From positions 1 through 64,000 of the forward strand of contig CAXHJY010000184.1 in assembly GCA_964016885.1 (NCBI GenBank): a stretch of 64,000 bases of DNA. Reading direction: 5' to 3'. This DNA is from Eledone cirrhosa (Eukaryota). The position numbers and the translations under genes are program-made. Position 1 is the first letter of the stretch, and each line of letters opens with the position of its first letter. Below are positions 29,091 through 43,200 of the stretch, in pieces. The notes beneath the pieces were generated by a model. The model ran no database searches. It saw only the letters and a list, made by a program, of their open reading frames with translations, and was not told where the DNA came from.

Positions 29091-32000
29091 TATAGTCTTT
29101 CCCAGTCACTACAGGACTATAGTCTTTCCCAATCACTACAGGACTATAGTCTTTCCCAGTCACCACAGGACTATAGTCTTTCCCTGTCACTACAGGACTA
29201 TAGTCTTTCCCAGTCACTACAGGACTATAGTCTTTCCCAGTCACTACAGGACTATAGTCTTTCCCAGTCACTACAGGACTATAGTCTTTCCCAGTCACTA
29301 CAGGACTATAGTCTTTCCCAGTCACTACAAGACTATAGTCTTTCCCAATCACTACAGGACTATAGTCTTTCCCAGTCACTACAGGACTATAGTCTTTCCC
29401 AGTCACTACAGGACTATAGTCTTTCCCAATCACTACAGGACTATAGTCTTTCCCAATCACTACAGGACTATAGTCTTTCCCAGTCACTACAGGACTATAG
29501 TCTTTCCCAGTCACTACAAGACTATAGCCTTTCACAATCACTACAAGACTATAGTCTTTCCCAGTCACTACAGTACTATAGTCTTTCCCAGTCACTACAG
29601 GACTATAGTCTTTCCCAGTCACTACAAGACTATAGTCTTTCCCAATCACTACAAGATTATAGTCTTTCCCAGTCACTACAGGACTATAGTCTTTCCCAAT
29701 CACTACAAGACTATAGTCTTTCCCAGTCACTACAGGACTATAGTCTTTCCCAGTCACTACAGGACTATAGTCTTTCCCAATCACTACAGGACTATAGTCT
29801 TTCCCAATCTCTACAGGACTATAGTCTTTCCCAATCACAAGACTATAGTCTTTCCCAGTCACTACAGGACTATAGTCTTTCCCAATCACTACAGGACTAT
29901 AGTCTTTCCCAATCACTACAGGACTATAGTCTTTCCCAGTCACTACAGGACTATAGTCTTTCCCAGTCACTACAGGACTATAGTCTTTCCCAGTCACTAC
30001 AGGACTATAGTTTTTCCCAGTCACTACAGGACTATAGTCTTTCCCAGTCACTACAAGACTATAGTCTTTCCCAATCACTACAGGACTATAGTCTTTCCCA
30101 GTCACTACAGGACTATAGTCTTTCCCAGTCACTACAGGACTATAGTCTTTCCCAATCACTACAGGACTATAGTCTTTCCCAATCACTACAGGACTATAGT
30201 CTTTCCCAGTCACTACAGGACTATAGTCTTTCCCAGTCACTACAGGACTATAGTTTTTCCCAGTCACTACAGGACTATAGTCTTTCCCAATCACTACAAG
30301 ACTGTAGTCTTTCCCAGTCACTACAGGACTATAGTCTTTCCCAGTCACTACAGGACTATAGTCTTTCCCAATCACTACAGGACTATAGTCTTTGCCAGTC
30401 ACTACAGGACTATAGTCTTTCCCAGTCACTACAGGACTATAGTCTTTCCCAATCACTACAGGACTATAGTCTTTCCCAGTCACTACAGGACTATAGTCTT
30501 TCCCAGTCACTACAGGACTATAGTCTTTCCCAGTCACTACAGGACTATAGTCTTTCCCAGTCACTACAGGACTATAGTCTTTCCCAATCACTACAAGACT
30601 ATAGTCTTTCTCAGTCACTACAGGACTACATTCTTTCCCAGTGACTACAGGACTATAGTCTTTCCCAGTCACTACAGGACTATAGTCTTTCCCAGTCACT
30701 ACAGGACTATAGTCTTTCCCAATCACTACAAGACTATAGTCTTTCCCAGTCACTACAGGACTATAGTCTTTCCCAGTCACTACAGGACTATAGTCTTTCC
30801 CAGTCACTACAGGACTATAGTCTTTCCCAGTCACTACAGGACTATAGTCTTTCCCAGTCACTACAGGACTATAGTCTTTCCCAATCACTACAGGACTATA
30901 GTCTTTCCCAGTCACTCCAGGACTATAGTCTTTCCCAGTCACTACAGGACTATAGTCTTTCACAGTCACTAGAGGACTATAGTCTTTCCCAATCACTACA
31001 GGACTATAGTCTTTCCCAGTCACTACAGGACTATAGTCTTTCCCAGTCACTACAGGTCTATAGTCTTTACCAGTCACTACAGGACTATAGTCTTTCCCAG
31101 TCACTACAGGACTATAGTCTTTCCCAATCACTACAGGACTATAGTCTTTCCCAGTCACTACAGGACTATAGTCTTTCCCAGTCACTACAGGACTATAGTC
31201 TTTCCCAGTCACTACAGGACTATAGGCTTTCCCAATCACTACAGGACTATAGTCTTTCCCAGTCACTACAGGACTATAGTCTTTCCCAGTCACTACAGGA
31301 CTATAGTCTTTCCCAGTCAATACAGGACTATAGTCTTTCCCAATCACTACAGGACTATAGTCTTTCCCAGTCACTACAGGACTATAGACTTTCCCAGTCA
31401 CTACAGGACTATAATCTTTCCCAGTCACTACAGGACTATAGCCTTTCCCAGTCACTACAGGACTATAGTCTTTCCCAGTCACTACAGGACTATAGTCTTT
31501 CCCAATCACTACAGGACTATAGTCTTTCCCAATCACTACAGGACTATAGTCTTTCCCAGTCACTACAGGACTATAGTCTTTCCCAGTCACTACAAGACTA
31601 TAGTCTTTCCCAATCACTACAAGACTATAGTCTTTCCCAGTCACTACAGGACTATAGTCTTTCCCAGTCACTACAGGACTATAGTCTTTCCCAGTCACTA
31701 CAGGACTATAGTCTTTCCCAGTCAGTACAAGACTATAGTCTTTCCCAGTCACTACAAGTCTATAGTCTTTCCCAGTCACTACAGGACTATAGTCTTTCCC
31801 AGTCACTACAGGACTATAGTCTTTCCCAGTCACTACAGGACTATAGTCTTTCCCAGTCACTACAGGACTATAGTCTTTCCCAGTCACTACAAGACTATAG
31901 TCTTTCCCAATCACTACAGGACTATAGTCTTTCCCAGTCACTACAGGACTATAGTCTTTCTCACTCACTACAGGACTATAGTCTTTCCCAGTCACTACAG

Positions 32001-35000
32001 AACTATAGTCTTTCCCAGTCACTACAGGACTACATTCTTTCCCAGTCACTACAGGACTATAGTCTTTCCCAGTCACTACAGGACTACATTCTTTCCCAGT
32101 GACTACAGGACTATAGTCTTTCCCAGTCACTACAGGACTATAGTCTTTCCCAGTCACTACAGGACTATAGTCTTTCCCAATCACTACAGGACTATAGTCT
32201 TTCCCAATCACTACAGGACTATAGTCTTTCCCAGTCACTACAGGACTATAGTCTTTCCCAGTCACTACAAGACTATAGTCTTTCCCAATCACTACAAGAC
32301 TAAAGTCTTTCCCAGTCACTACAGGACTATAGTCTTTCCCTGTCACTACAGGACTATAGTCTTTCCCAGTCACTACAGGTCTATAGTTTTTCCCAGTCAC
32401 TACAAGACTATAGTCTTTTCCAATCACTACAAGACTATAGTCTTTCCCAGTCACTACAGGACTATAGTCTTTCCCAATCACTACAAGACTATAGTCTTTC
32501 CCAGTCACTACAGGACTATAGTCTTTCCCAGTCACTACAGGACTATAGTCTTTCCCAGTCACTACAGGACTATAGTCTTTCCCAGTCACTACAGGACTAT
32601 AGTCTTTCCCAGTCACTAAGGACTATAGTCTTTCCCAATCACTACAGGACTATAGTCTTTCCCAGTCACTCCAGGACTATAGTCTTTCCCAGTCACTACA
32701 GGACTATAGATTTTCCCAGTCACTAGAGGACTATAGTCTTTCCCAATCACTACAGGACTATAGTCTTTCCCAGTCACTACAGGACTATAGTCTTTCCCAG
32801 TCACTACAGGACTATAGTCTTTCCCAGTCACTACAGGACTATAGTCTTTCCCAGTCACTACAGGACTATAGTCTTTCCCAATCACTACAGGACTATAGTC
32901 TTTCCCAGTCACTACAGGACTATAGTCTTTCCCAGTCACTACAGGACTATAGTGTTTCCCAGTCACTACAGGACTATAGTCTTTCCCAATCACTACAGGA
33001 CTATAGTCTTTCCCAATCACTACAGGACTATAGTCTTTCCCAGTCACTACAGGACTATAGTCTTTCCCAGTCACTACAGGACTATAGTCTCTCCCAGTCA
33101 CTACAGGGCTATAGTCTTTCCTAATCACTACAAGACAATAGTCTTTCCCAATCACTACAAGACAATAGTCTTTCCCAGTCACTACAGGACTATAGTCTTT
33201 CCCAGTCACTACAGGACTATAGTCTTTCCCAGTCACTACAGGACTATAGTCTTTTCCAGTCACTACAAGACTATAGTCTTTCCCAATCACTACAAGACTA
33301 TAGTCTTTCCCAGTCACTACAGGACTATAGTCTTTCCCAATCACTACAGGACTATAGTCTTTCCCAGTCACTACAGGACTATAGTATTTCCCGGTCACTA
33401 CAGGACTATAGTCTTTCCCAGTCACTACAAGACTATAGTCTTTCCCAGTCACTACAAGACTATAGTCTTTCCCAATCACTACAGGACTATAGTCTTTCCC
33501 AGTCACTACAGGACTATAGTCTTTCCCAGTCACTACAGGACTATAGTCTTTCCCAATCACTACAGGACTATAGTCTTTCCCAATCACTACAGGACTATAG
33601 TCTTTCCCAGTCACTACAGGACTATAGTCCTTCCCAGTCGCTACAGGACTATAGTCTTTCCCAGTCACTACAGGACTATAGTCTTTCCCAGTCACTACAG
33701 GACTATAGTCTTTCCCAGTCACTACAGGACTATAGTCTTTCCCAATCACTACAGGATTATAGTATTTCCCAGTCACTACAGGACTATAGTCTTTCCCAGT
33801 CACTACAGGACTATAGTCTTTCCCAGTGACTACAGGACTATAGTCTTACCCAGTCACTACAGGACTATAGTCTTTCCCAGTAACTACAGGATTATAGTCT
33901 TTCCCAGTCACTACAGGACTATAGTCTTTCCCAGTCACTACAGGACTATAGTCTTTCCCAGTCACTACAGGACTATAGTCTTACCCAGTCACTACAGGAC
34001 TATAGTCTTTCCCAGTCACTACAGGACTATAGTCTTTCCCAGTCACTACAGGACTATAGTCTTTCCCAGTCACTACAGGACTATAGTCTTACCCAGTCAC
34101 TACAGGACTATAGTCTTACCCAGTCACTACAGGACTATAGTCTTTCCCAGTCACTACAGGACTATAGTCTTTCCCAGTCACTACAGGACTATAGTCTTTC
34201 CCAATCACTACAGGACTATAGTCTTTCCCAGTCACTACAGGACTATAGTCTTACCCAGTCACTACAGGACTATAGTCTTACCCAGTCACTACAGGACTAT
34301 AGTCTTTCCCAGTCACTACAGGACTATAGTCTTTCCCAGTCACTACAGGACTATAGTCTTTCCCAGTCACTACAGGACTATAGTCTTTCCCAGTCACTAC
34401 AGGACTATAGTCTTTCCAAATCACTACAGGACTATAGTCTTTCCCAGTCACTACAGGACTATAGTCTTTCCCAGTCACTACAGGACTATAGTCTTTCCCA
34501 GTCACTACAAGACTATAGTCTTTCCCAGTCACTACAAGACTATAGTCTTTCCCAATCACTACAGGACTATAGTCTTTCCCAGTCACTACAGGACTATAGT
34601 CTTTCCCAGTCACTACAGGACTATAGTCTTTCCCAATCACTACAGGACTATAGTCTTTCCCAATCACTACAGGACTATAGTCTTTCCCAGTCACTACAGG
34701 ACTATAGTCTTTCCCAGTCACTACAAGACTATAGTCTTTCCCAGTCACTACAGGACTATAGTCTTTCCCAGTCACTACAGGACTATAGTCTTTCCCAATC
34801 ACTACAGGACTATAGTCTTTCCCAGTCACTACAGGACTATAGTCTTTCCCAGTCACTACAGGACTATAGTCTTTCCCAGTCACTACAGGACTATAGTCTT
34901 ACCCAGTCACTACAGGACTATAGTCTTTCCCAGTCACTACAGGACTATAGTCTTTCCCAGTCACTACAGGACTATAGTCTTTCCCAATCACTACAGGATT

Positions 35001-35222
35001 ATAGTATTTCCCAGTCACTACAGGACTATAGTCTTTCCCAGTCACTACAGGACTATAGTCTTTCCCAGTGACTACAGGACTATAGTCTTACCCAGTCACT
35101 ACAGGACTATAGTCTTTCCCAGTAACTACAGGATTATAGTCTTTCCCAGTCACTACAGGACTATAGTCTTTCCCAGTCACTACAGGACTATAGTCTTTCC
35201 CAGTCACTACAGGACTATAGTC

Positions 35223-38200
35223 TTACCCAGTCACTACAGGACTATAGTCTTTCCCAGTCACTACAGGACTATAGTCTTTCCCAGTCACTACAGGACTATA
35301 GTCTTTCCCAGTCACTACAGGACTATAGTCTTTCCCAGTCACTACAGGACTATAGTCTTTCCAAATCACTACAGGACTATAGTCTTTCCCAGTCACTACA
35401 GGACTATAGTCTTTCCCAGTCACTACAGGACTATAGTCTTTCCCAGTCACTACAGGACTATAGTCTTTCCCAATCACTACAGAACTATAGTCTTTCCCAG
35501 TCACTACAGGACTATAGTCTTTCCCAGTCACTACAGGACTATAGTCTTTCCCAGTCACTACAGGACTATAGTCTTTCCCAATCACTACAGGACGATAGTC
35601 TTTCCCAGTCACTACAGGACTATAGTCTTTCCCAGTCACTACAGGACTATAGTCTTTCCCAGTCACCACAGGACTATAGTCTTTCCCAGTCACTACAGGA
35701 CTATAGTCTTTCCCAATCACTACAGGACTATAGTCTTTCCCAGTCACTACAGGACTATAGACTTTCCCAGTCACTACAGGACTATAGTCTTTCCCAGTCA
35801 CTACAGGACTATAGTCTTTCCCAATCACTACAAGACTATAGTCTTTTCGAGTCACTACAGGACTATAGTCTTTCCCAGTCTCTACAGGACTATAGTCTTT
35901 CCCAATCACTACAGGACTATAGTCTTTCCCAGTCACTACAGGACTATAGTCTTTCCCAGTCACTACAGGGCTATAGTCTTTCCCAGTCACTACAGGACTA
36001 TAGTCTTTCCCAATCACTACAAGACTGTAGTCTTTCCCAGTCACTACAGGACTATAGTCTTTCCCAGTCACTACAGGACTATAGTCTTTCCCAATCACTA
36101 CAGGACTATAGTCTTTGCCAGTCACTACAGGACTATAGTCTTTCCCAGTCACTACAGGACTATAGTCTTTCCCAATCACTACAGGACTATAGTCTTTCCC
36201 AGTCACTACAGGACTATAGTCTTTCCCAGTCACTACAGGACTATAGTCTTTCCCAGTCACTACAGGACTATAGTCTTTCCCAGTCACTATAGGACTATAG
36301 TCTTTCCCAATCACTACAAGACTATAGTCTTTCTCAGTCACTACAGGACTACATTCTTTCCCAGTGACTACAGGACTATAGTCTTTCCCAGTCACTACAG
36401 GACGATAGTCTTTCCCAGTCACTACAGGACTATAGTCTTTCCCAATCACTACAAGACTATAGTCTTTCCCAGTCACTACAGGACTATAGTCTTTCCCAGT
36501 CACTACAGGACTATAGTCTTTCCCAGTCACTACAGGACTATAGTCTTTCCCAGTCACTACAGGACTATAGTCTTTCCCAATCACTACAGGACTATAGTCT
36601 TTCCCAGTCACTACAGGACTATAGTCTTTCCCAGTCACTACAGGACTATAGTCTTTCCCAGTCACTACAGGACTATAGTCTTTCCCAGTCACTACAGGAC
36701 TATAGTCTTTCCCAGTAACTACAGGACTACATTCTTTCCCAGTCACTACAGGACTATAGTCTTTCCCAGTCACTACAGGACTACATTCTTTCCCAGTCAC
36801 TACAGGACTATAGTCTTTCCCAGTCACTACAGGACTATAGTCTTTCCCAGTCACTACAGGACTATAGTCTTTCCCAATCACTACAGGACTATAGTCTTTC
36901 CCAGTCACCACAGGACTATAGTCTTTCCCTGTCACTACAGGACTATAGTCTTTCCCAGTCACTACAGGACTATAGTCTTTCCCAGTCACTACAGGACTAT
37001 AGTCTTTCCCAGTCACTACAGGACTATAGTCTTTCCCAGTCACTACAGGACTATAGTCTTTCCCAGTCACTACAAGACTATAGTCTTTCCCAATCACTAC
37101 AGGACTATAGTCTTTCCCAGTCACTACAGGACTATAGTCTTTCCCAGTCACTACAGGACTATAGTCTTTCCCAATCACTACAGGACTATAGTCTTTCCCA
37201 ATCACTACAGGACTATAGTCTTTCCCAGTCACTACAGGACTATAGTCTTTCCCAGTCACTACAAGACTATAGCCTTTCACAATCACTACAAGACTATAGT
37301 CTTTCCCAGTCACTACAGTACTATAGTCTTTCCCAGTCACTACAGGACTATAGTCTTTCCCAGTCACTACAAGACTATAGTCTTTCCCAATCACTACAAG
37401 ATTATAGTCTTTCCCAGTCACTACAGGACTATAGTCTTTCCCAATCACTACAAGACTATAGTCTTTCCCAGTCACTACAGGACTATAGTCTTTCCCAGTC
37501 ACTACAGGACTATAGTCTTTCCCAATCACTACAGGACTATAGTCTTTCCCAATCACTACAGGACTATAGTCTTTCCCAATCACAAGACTATAGTCTTTCC
37601 CAGTCACTACAGGACTATAGTCTTTCCCAATCACTACAGGACTATAGTCTTTCCCAATCACTACAGGACTATAGTCTTTCCCAGTCACTACAGGACTATA
37701 GTCTTTCCCAGTCACTACAGGACTATAGTCTTTCCCAGTCACTACAGGACTATAGTTTTTCCCAGTCACTACAGGACTATAGTCTTTCCCAGTCACTACA
37801 AGACTATAGTCTTTCCCAATCACTACAGGACTATAGTCTTTCCCAGTCACTACAGGACTATAGTCTTTCCCAGTCACTACAGGACTATAGTCTTTCCCAG
37901 TCACTACAGGACTATAGTCTTTCCCAGTCACTACAAGACTATAGTCTTTCCCAATCACTACAGGACTATAGTCTTTCCCAGTCACTACAGGACTATAGTC
38001 TTTCCCAGTCACTACAGGACTATAGTCTTTCCCAATCACTACAGGACTATAGTCTTTCCCAATCACTACAGGACTATAGTCTTTCCCAGTCACTACAGGA
38101 CTATAGTCTTTCCCAGTCACTACAAGACTATAGCCTTTCACAATCACTACAAGACTATAGTCTTTCCCAGTCACTACAGTACTATAGTCTTTCCCAGTCA

Positions 38201-41200
38201 CTACAGGACTATAGTCTTTCCCAGTCACTACAAGACTATAGTCTTTCCCAATCACTACAAGATTATAGTCTTTCCCAGTCACTACAGGACTATAGTCTTT
38301 CCCAATCACTACAAGACTATAGTCTTTCCCAGTCACTACAGGACTATAGTCTTTCCCAGTCACTACAGGACTATAGTCTTTCCCAATCACTACAGGACTA
38401 TAGTCTTTCCCAATCACTACAGGACTATAGTCTTTCCCAATCACAAGACTATAGTCTTTCCCAGTCACTACAGGACTATAGTCTTTCCCAATCACTACAG
38501 GACTATAGTCTTTCCCAATCACTACAGGACTATAGTCTTTCCCAGTCACTACAGGACTATAGTCTTTCCCAGTCACTACAGGACTATAGTCTTTCCCAGT
38601 CACTACAGGACTATAGTTTTTCCCAGTCACTACAGGACTATAGTCTTTCCCAGTCACTACAAGACTATAGTCTTTCCCAATCACTACAGGACTATAGTCT
38701 TTCCCAGTCACTACAGGACTATAGTCTTTCCCAGTCACTACAGGACTATAGTCTTTCCCAATCACTACAGGACTATAGTCTTTCCCAATCACTACAGGAC
38801 TATAGTCTTTCCCAGTCACTACAGGACTATAGTCTTTCCCAGTCACTACAGGACTATAGTTTTTCCCAGTCACTACAGGACTATAGTCTTTCCCAATCAC
38901 TACAAGACTGTAGTCTTTCCCAGTCACTACAGGACTATAGTCTTTCCCAGTCACTACAGGACTATAGTCTTTCCCAATCACTACAGGACTATAGTCTTTG
39001 CCAGTCACTACAGGACTATAGTCTTTCCCAGTCACTACAGGACTATAGTCTTTCCCAATCACTACAGGACTATAGTCTTTCCCAGTCACTACAGGACTAT
39101 AGTCTTTCCCAGTCACTACAGGACTATAGTGTTTCCCAGTCACTACAGGACTATAGTCTTTCCCAATCACTACAGGACTATAGTCTTTCCCAATCACTAC
39201 AGGACTATAGTCTTTCCCAGTCACTACAGGACTATAGTCTTTCCCAGTCACTACAGGACTATAGTCTCTCCCAGTCACTACAGGGCTATAGTCTTTCCTA
39301 ATCACTACAAGACAATAGTCTTTCCCAATCACTACAAGACAATAGTCTTTCCCAGTCACTACAGGACTATAGTCTTTCCCAGTCACTACAGGACTATAGT
39401 CTTTCCCAGTCACTACAGGACTATAGTCTTTTCCAGTCACTACAAGACTATAGTCTTTCCCAATCACTACAAGACTATAGTCTTTCCCAGTCACTACAGG
39501 ACTATAGTCTTTCCCAATCACTACAGGACTATAGTCTTTCCCAGTCACTACAGGACTATAGTATTTCCCGGTCACTACAGGACTATAGTCTTTCCCAGTC
39601 ACTACAAGACTATAGTCTTTCCCAGTCACTACAAGACTATAGTCTTTCCCAATCACTACAGGACTATAGTCTTTCCCAGTCACTACAGGACTATAGTCTT
39701 TCCCAGTCACTACAGGACTATAGTCTTTCCCAATCACTACAGGACTATAGTCTTTCCCAATCACTACAGGACTATAGTCTTTCCCAGTCACTACAGGACT
39801 ATAGTCTTTCCCAGTCACTACAAGACTATAGTCTTTCCCAGTCACTACAGGACTATAGTCTTTCCCAGTCACTACAGGACTATAGTCTTTCCCAATCACT
39901 ACAGGACTATAGTCTTTCCCAGTCACTACAGGACTATAGTCTTTCCCAGTCACTACAGGACTATAGTCTTTCCCAGTCACTACAGGACTATAGTCTTACC
40001 CAGTCACTACAGGACTATAGTCTTTCCCAGTCACTACAGGACTATAGTCTTTCCCAGTCACTACAGGACTATAGTCTTTCCCAATCACTACAGGATTATA
40101 GTATTTCCCAGTCACTACAGGACTATAGTCTTTCCCAGTCACTACAGGACTATAGTCTTTCCCAGTGACTACAGGACTATAGTCTTACCCAGTCACTACA
40201 GGACTATAGTCTTTCCCAGTAACTACAGGATTATAGTCTTTCCCAGTCACTACAGGACTATAGTCTTTCCCAGTCACTACAGGACTATAGTCTTTCCCAG
40301 TCACTACAGGACTATAGTCTTACCCAGTCACTACAGGACTATAGTCTTTCCCAGTCACTACAGGACTATAGTCTTTCCCAGTCACTACAGGACTATAGTC
40401 TTTCCCAGTCACTACAGGACTATAGTCTTACCCAGTCACTACAGGACTATAGTCTTACCCAGTCACTACAGGACTATAGTCTTTCCCAGTCACTACAGGA
40501 CTATAGTCTTTCCCAGTCACTACAGGACTATAGTCTTTCCCAATCACTACAGGACTATAGTCTTTCCCAGTCACTACAGGACTATAGTCTTACCCAGTCA
40601 CTACAGGACTATAGTCTTACCCAGTCATTACAGGACTATAGTCTTTCCCAGTCACTACAGGACTATAGTCTTTCCCAGTCACTACAGGACTATAGTCTTT
40701 CCCAGTCACTACAGGACTATAGTCTTTCCCAGTCACTACAGGACTATAGTCTTTCCAAATCACTACAGGACTATAGTCTTTCCCAGTCACTACAGGACTA
40801 TAGTCTTTCCCAGTCACTACAGGACTATAGTCTTTCCCAGTCACTACAGGACTATAGTCTTTCCCAATCACTACAGAACTATAGTCTTTCCCAGTCACTA
40901 CAGGACTATAGTCTTTCCCAGTCACTACAGGACTATAGTCTTTCCCAGTCACTACAGGACTATAGTCTTTCCCAATCACTACAGGACGATAGTCTTTCCC
41001 AGTCACTACAGGACTATAGTCTTTCCCAGTCACTACAGGACTATAGTCTTTCCCAGTCACCACAGGACTATAGTCTTTCCCAGTCACTACAGGACTATAG
41101 TCTTTCCCAATCACTACAGGACTATAGTCTTTCCCAGTCACTACAGGACTATAGACTTTCCCAGTCACTACAGGACTATAGTCTTTCCCAGTCACTACAG

Positions 41201-43200
41201 GACTATAGTCTTTCCCAATCACTACAAGACTATAGTCTTTTCGAGTCACTACAGGACTATAGTCTTTCCCAGTCTCTACAGGACTATAGTCTTTCCCAAT
41301 CACTACAGGACTATAGTCTTTCCCAGTCACTACAGGACTATAGTCTTTCCCAGTCACTACAGGGCTATAGTCTTTCCCAGTCACTACAGGACTATAGTCT
41401 TTCCCAATCACTACAAGACTGTAGTCTTTCCCAGTCACTACAGGACTATAGTCTTTCCCAGTCACTACAGGACTATAGTCTTTCCCAATCACTACAGGAC
41501 TATAGTCTTTGCCAGTCACTACAGGACTATAGTCTTTCCCAGTCACTACAGGACTATAGTCTTTCCCAATCACTACAGGACTATAGTCTTTCCCAGTCAC
41601 TACAGGACTATAGTCTTTCCCAGTCACTACAGGACTATAGTCTTTCCCAGTCACTACAGGACTATAGTCTTTCCCAGTCACTATAGGACTATAGTCTTTC
41701 CCAATCACTACAAGACTATAGTCTTTCTCAGTCACTACAGGACTACATTCTTTCCCAGTGACTACAGGACTATAGTCTTTCCCAGTCACTACAGGACGAT
41801 AGTCTTTCCCAGTCACTACAGGACTATAGTCTTTCCCAATCACTACAAGACTATAGTCTTTCCCAGTCACTACAGGACTATAGTCTTTCCCAGTCACTAC
41901 AGGACTATAGTCTTTCCCAGTCACTACAGGACTATAGTCTTTCCCAGTCACTACAGGACTATAGTCTTTCCCAATCACTACAGGACTATAGTCTTTCCCA
42001 GTCACTACAGGACTATAGTCTTTCCCAGTCACTACAGGACTATAGTCTTTCCCAGTCACTACAGGACTATAGTCTTTCCCAGTCACTACAGGACTATAGT
42101 CTTTCCCAGTAACTACAGGACTACATTCTTTCCCAGTCACTACAGGACTATAGTCTTTCCCAGTCACTACAGGACTACATTCTTTCCCAGTCACTACAGG
42201 ACTATAGTCTTTCCCAGTCACTACAGGACTATAGTCTTTCCCAGTCACTACAGGACTATAGTCTTTCCCAATCACTACAGGACTATAGTCTTTCCCAGTC
42301 ACCACAGGACTATAGTCTTTCCCTGTCACTACAGGACTATAGTCTTTCCCAGTCACTACAGGACTATAGTCTTTCCCAGTCACTACAGGACTATAGTCTT
42401 TCCCAGTCACTACAGGACTATAGTCTTTCCCAGTCACTACAGGACTATAGTCTTTCCCAGTCACTACAAGACTATAGTCTTTCCCAATCACTACAGGACT
42501 ATAGTCTTTCCCAGTCACTACAGGACTATAGTCTTTCCCAGTCACTACAGGACTATAGTCTTTCCCAATCACTACAGGACTATAGTCTTTCCCAATCACT
42601 ACAGGACTATAGTCTTTCCCAGTCACTACAGGACTATAGTCTTTCCCAGTCACTACAAGACTATAGCCTTTCACAATCACTACAAGACTATAGTCTTTCC
42701 CAGTCACTACAGTACTATAGTCTTTCCCAGTCACTACAGGACTATAGTCTTTCCCAGTCACTACAAGACTATAGTCTTTCCCAATCACTACAAGATTATA
42801 GTCTTTCCCAGTCACTACAGGACTATAGTCTTTCCCAATCACTACAAGACTATAGTCTTTCCCAGTCACTACAGGACTATAGTCTTTCCCAGTCACTACA
42901 GGACTATAGTCTTTCCCAATCACTACAGGACTATAGTCTTTCCCAATCACTACAGGACTATAGTCTTTCCCAATCACAAGACTATAGTCTTTCCCAGTCA
43001 CTACAGGACTATAGTCTTTCCCAATCACTACAGGACTATAGTCTTTCCCAATCACTACAGGACTATAGTCTTTCCCAGTCACTACAGGACTATAGTCTTT
43101 CCCAGTCACTACAGGACTATAGTCTTTCCCAGTCACTACAGGACTATAGTTTTTCCCAGTCACTACAGGACTATAGTCTTTCCCAGTCACTACAAGACTA
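35223..43200. repeat. Block of about 2.6 kb duplicated at an offset of 5394 bp (about 35223-37800 and 40617-43200)
   Basis: ORF ends 35223/40617, TCGA 35847/41241 and 24-bp monomers 37580/42974 are all offset by 5394. Confidence 0.88.
37050..38720. repeat. Tandem duplication of 861 bp (32 monomers minus 3 bp)
   Basis: 24-bp monomers at 37580 and 38441. The gcctttcacaat, cagtact and aagatta variants repeat in register. Confidence 0.88.

Noticed and set aside
8047-32616. Giant minus-strand CDSs of (KDYSPVVTG)n, 1,160-2,639 aa
   Set aside because: Starts are mostly repeat-internal GTG codons and there is no unique domain. Common variants are non-synonymous, third positions are nearly invariant, and frameshifts and TAA clusters are inherited.
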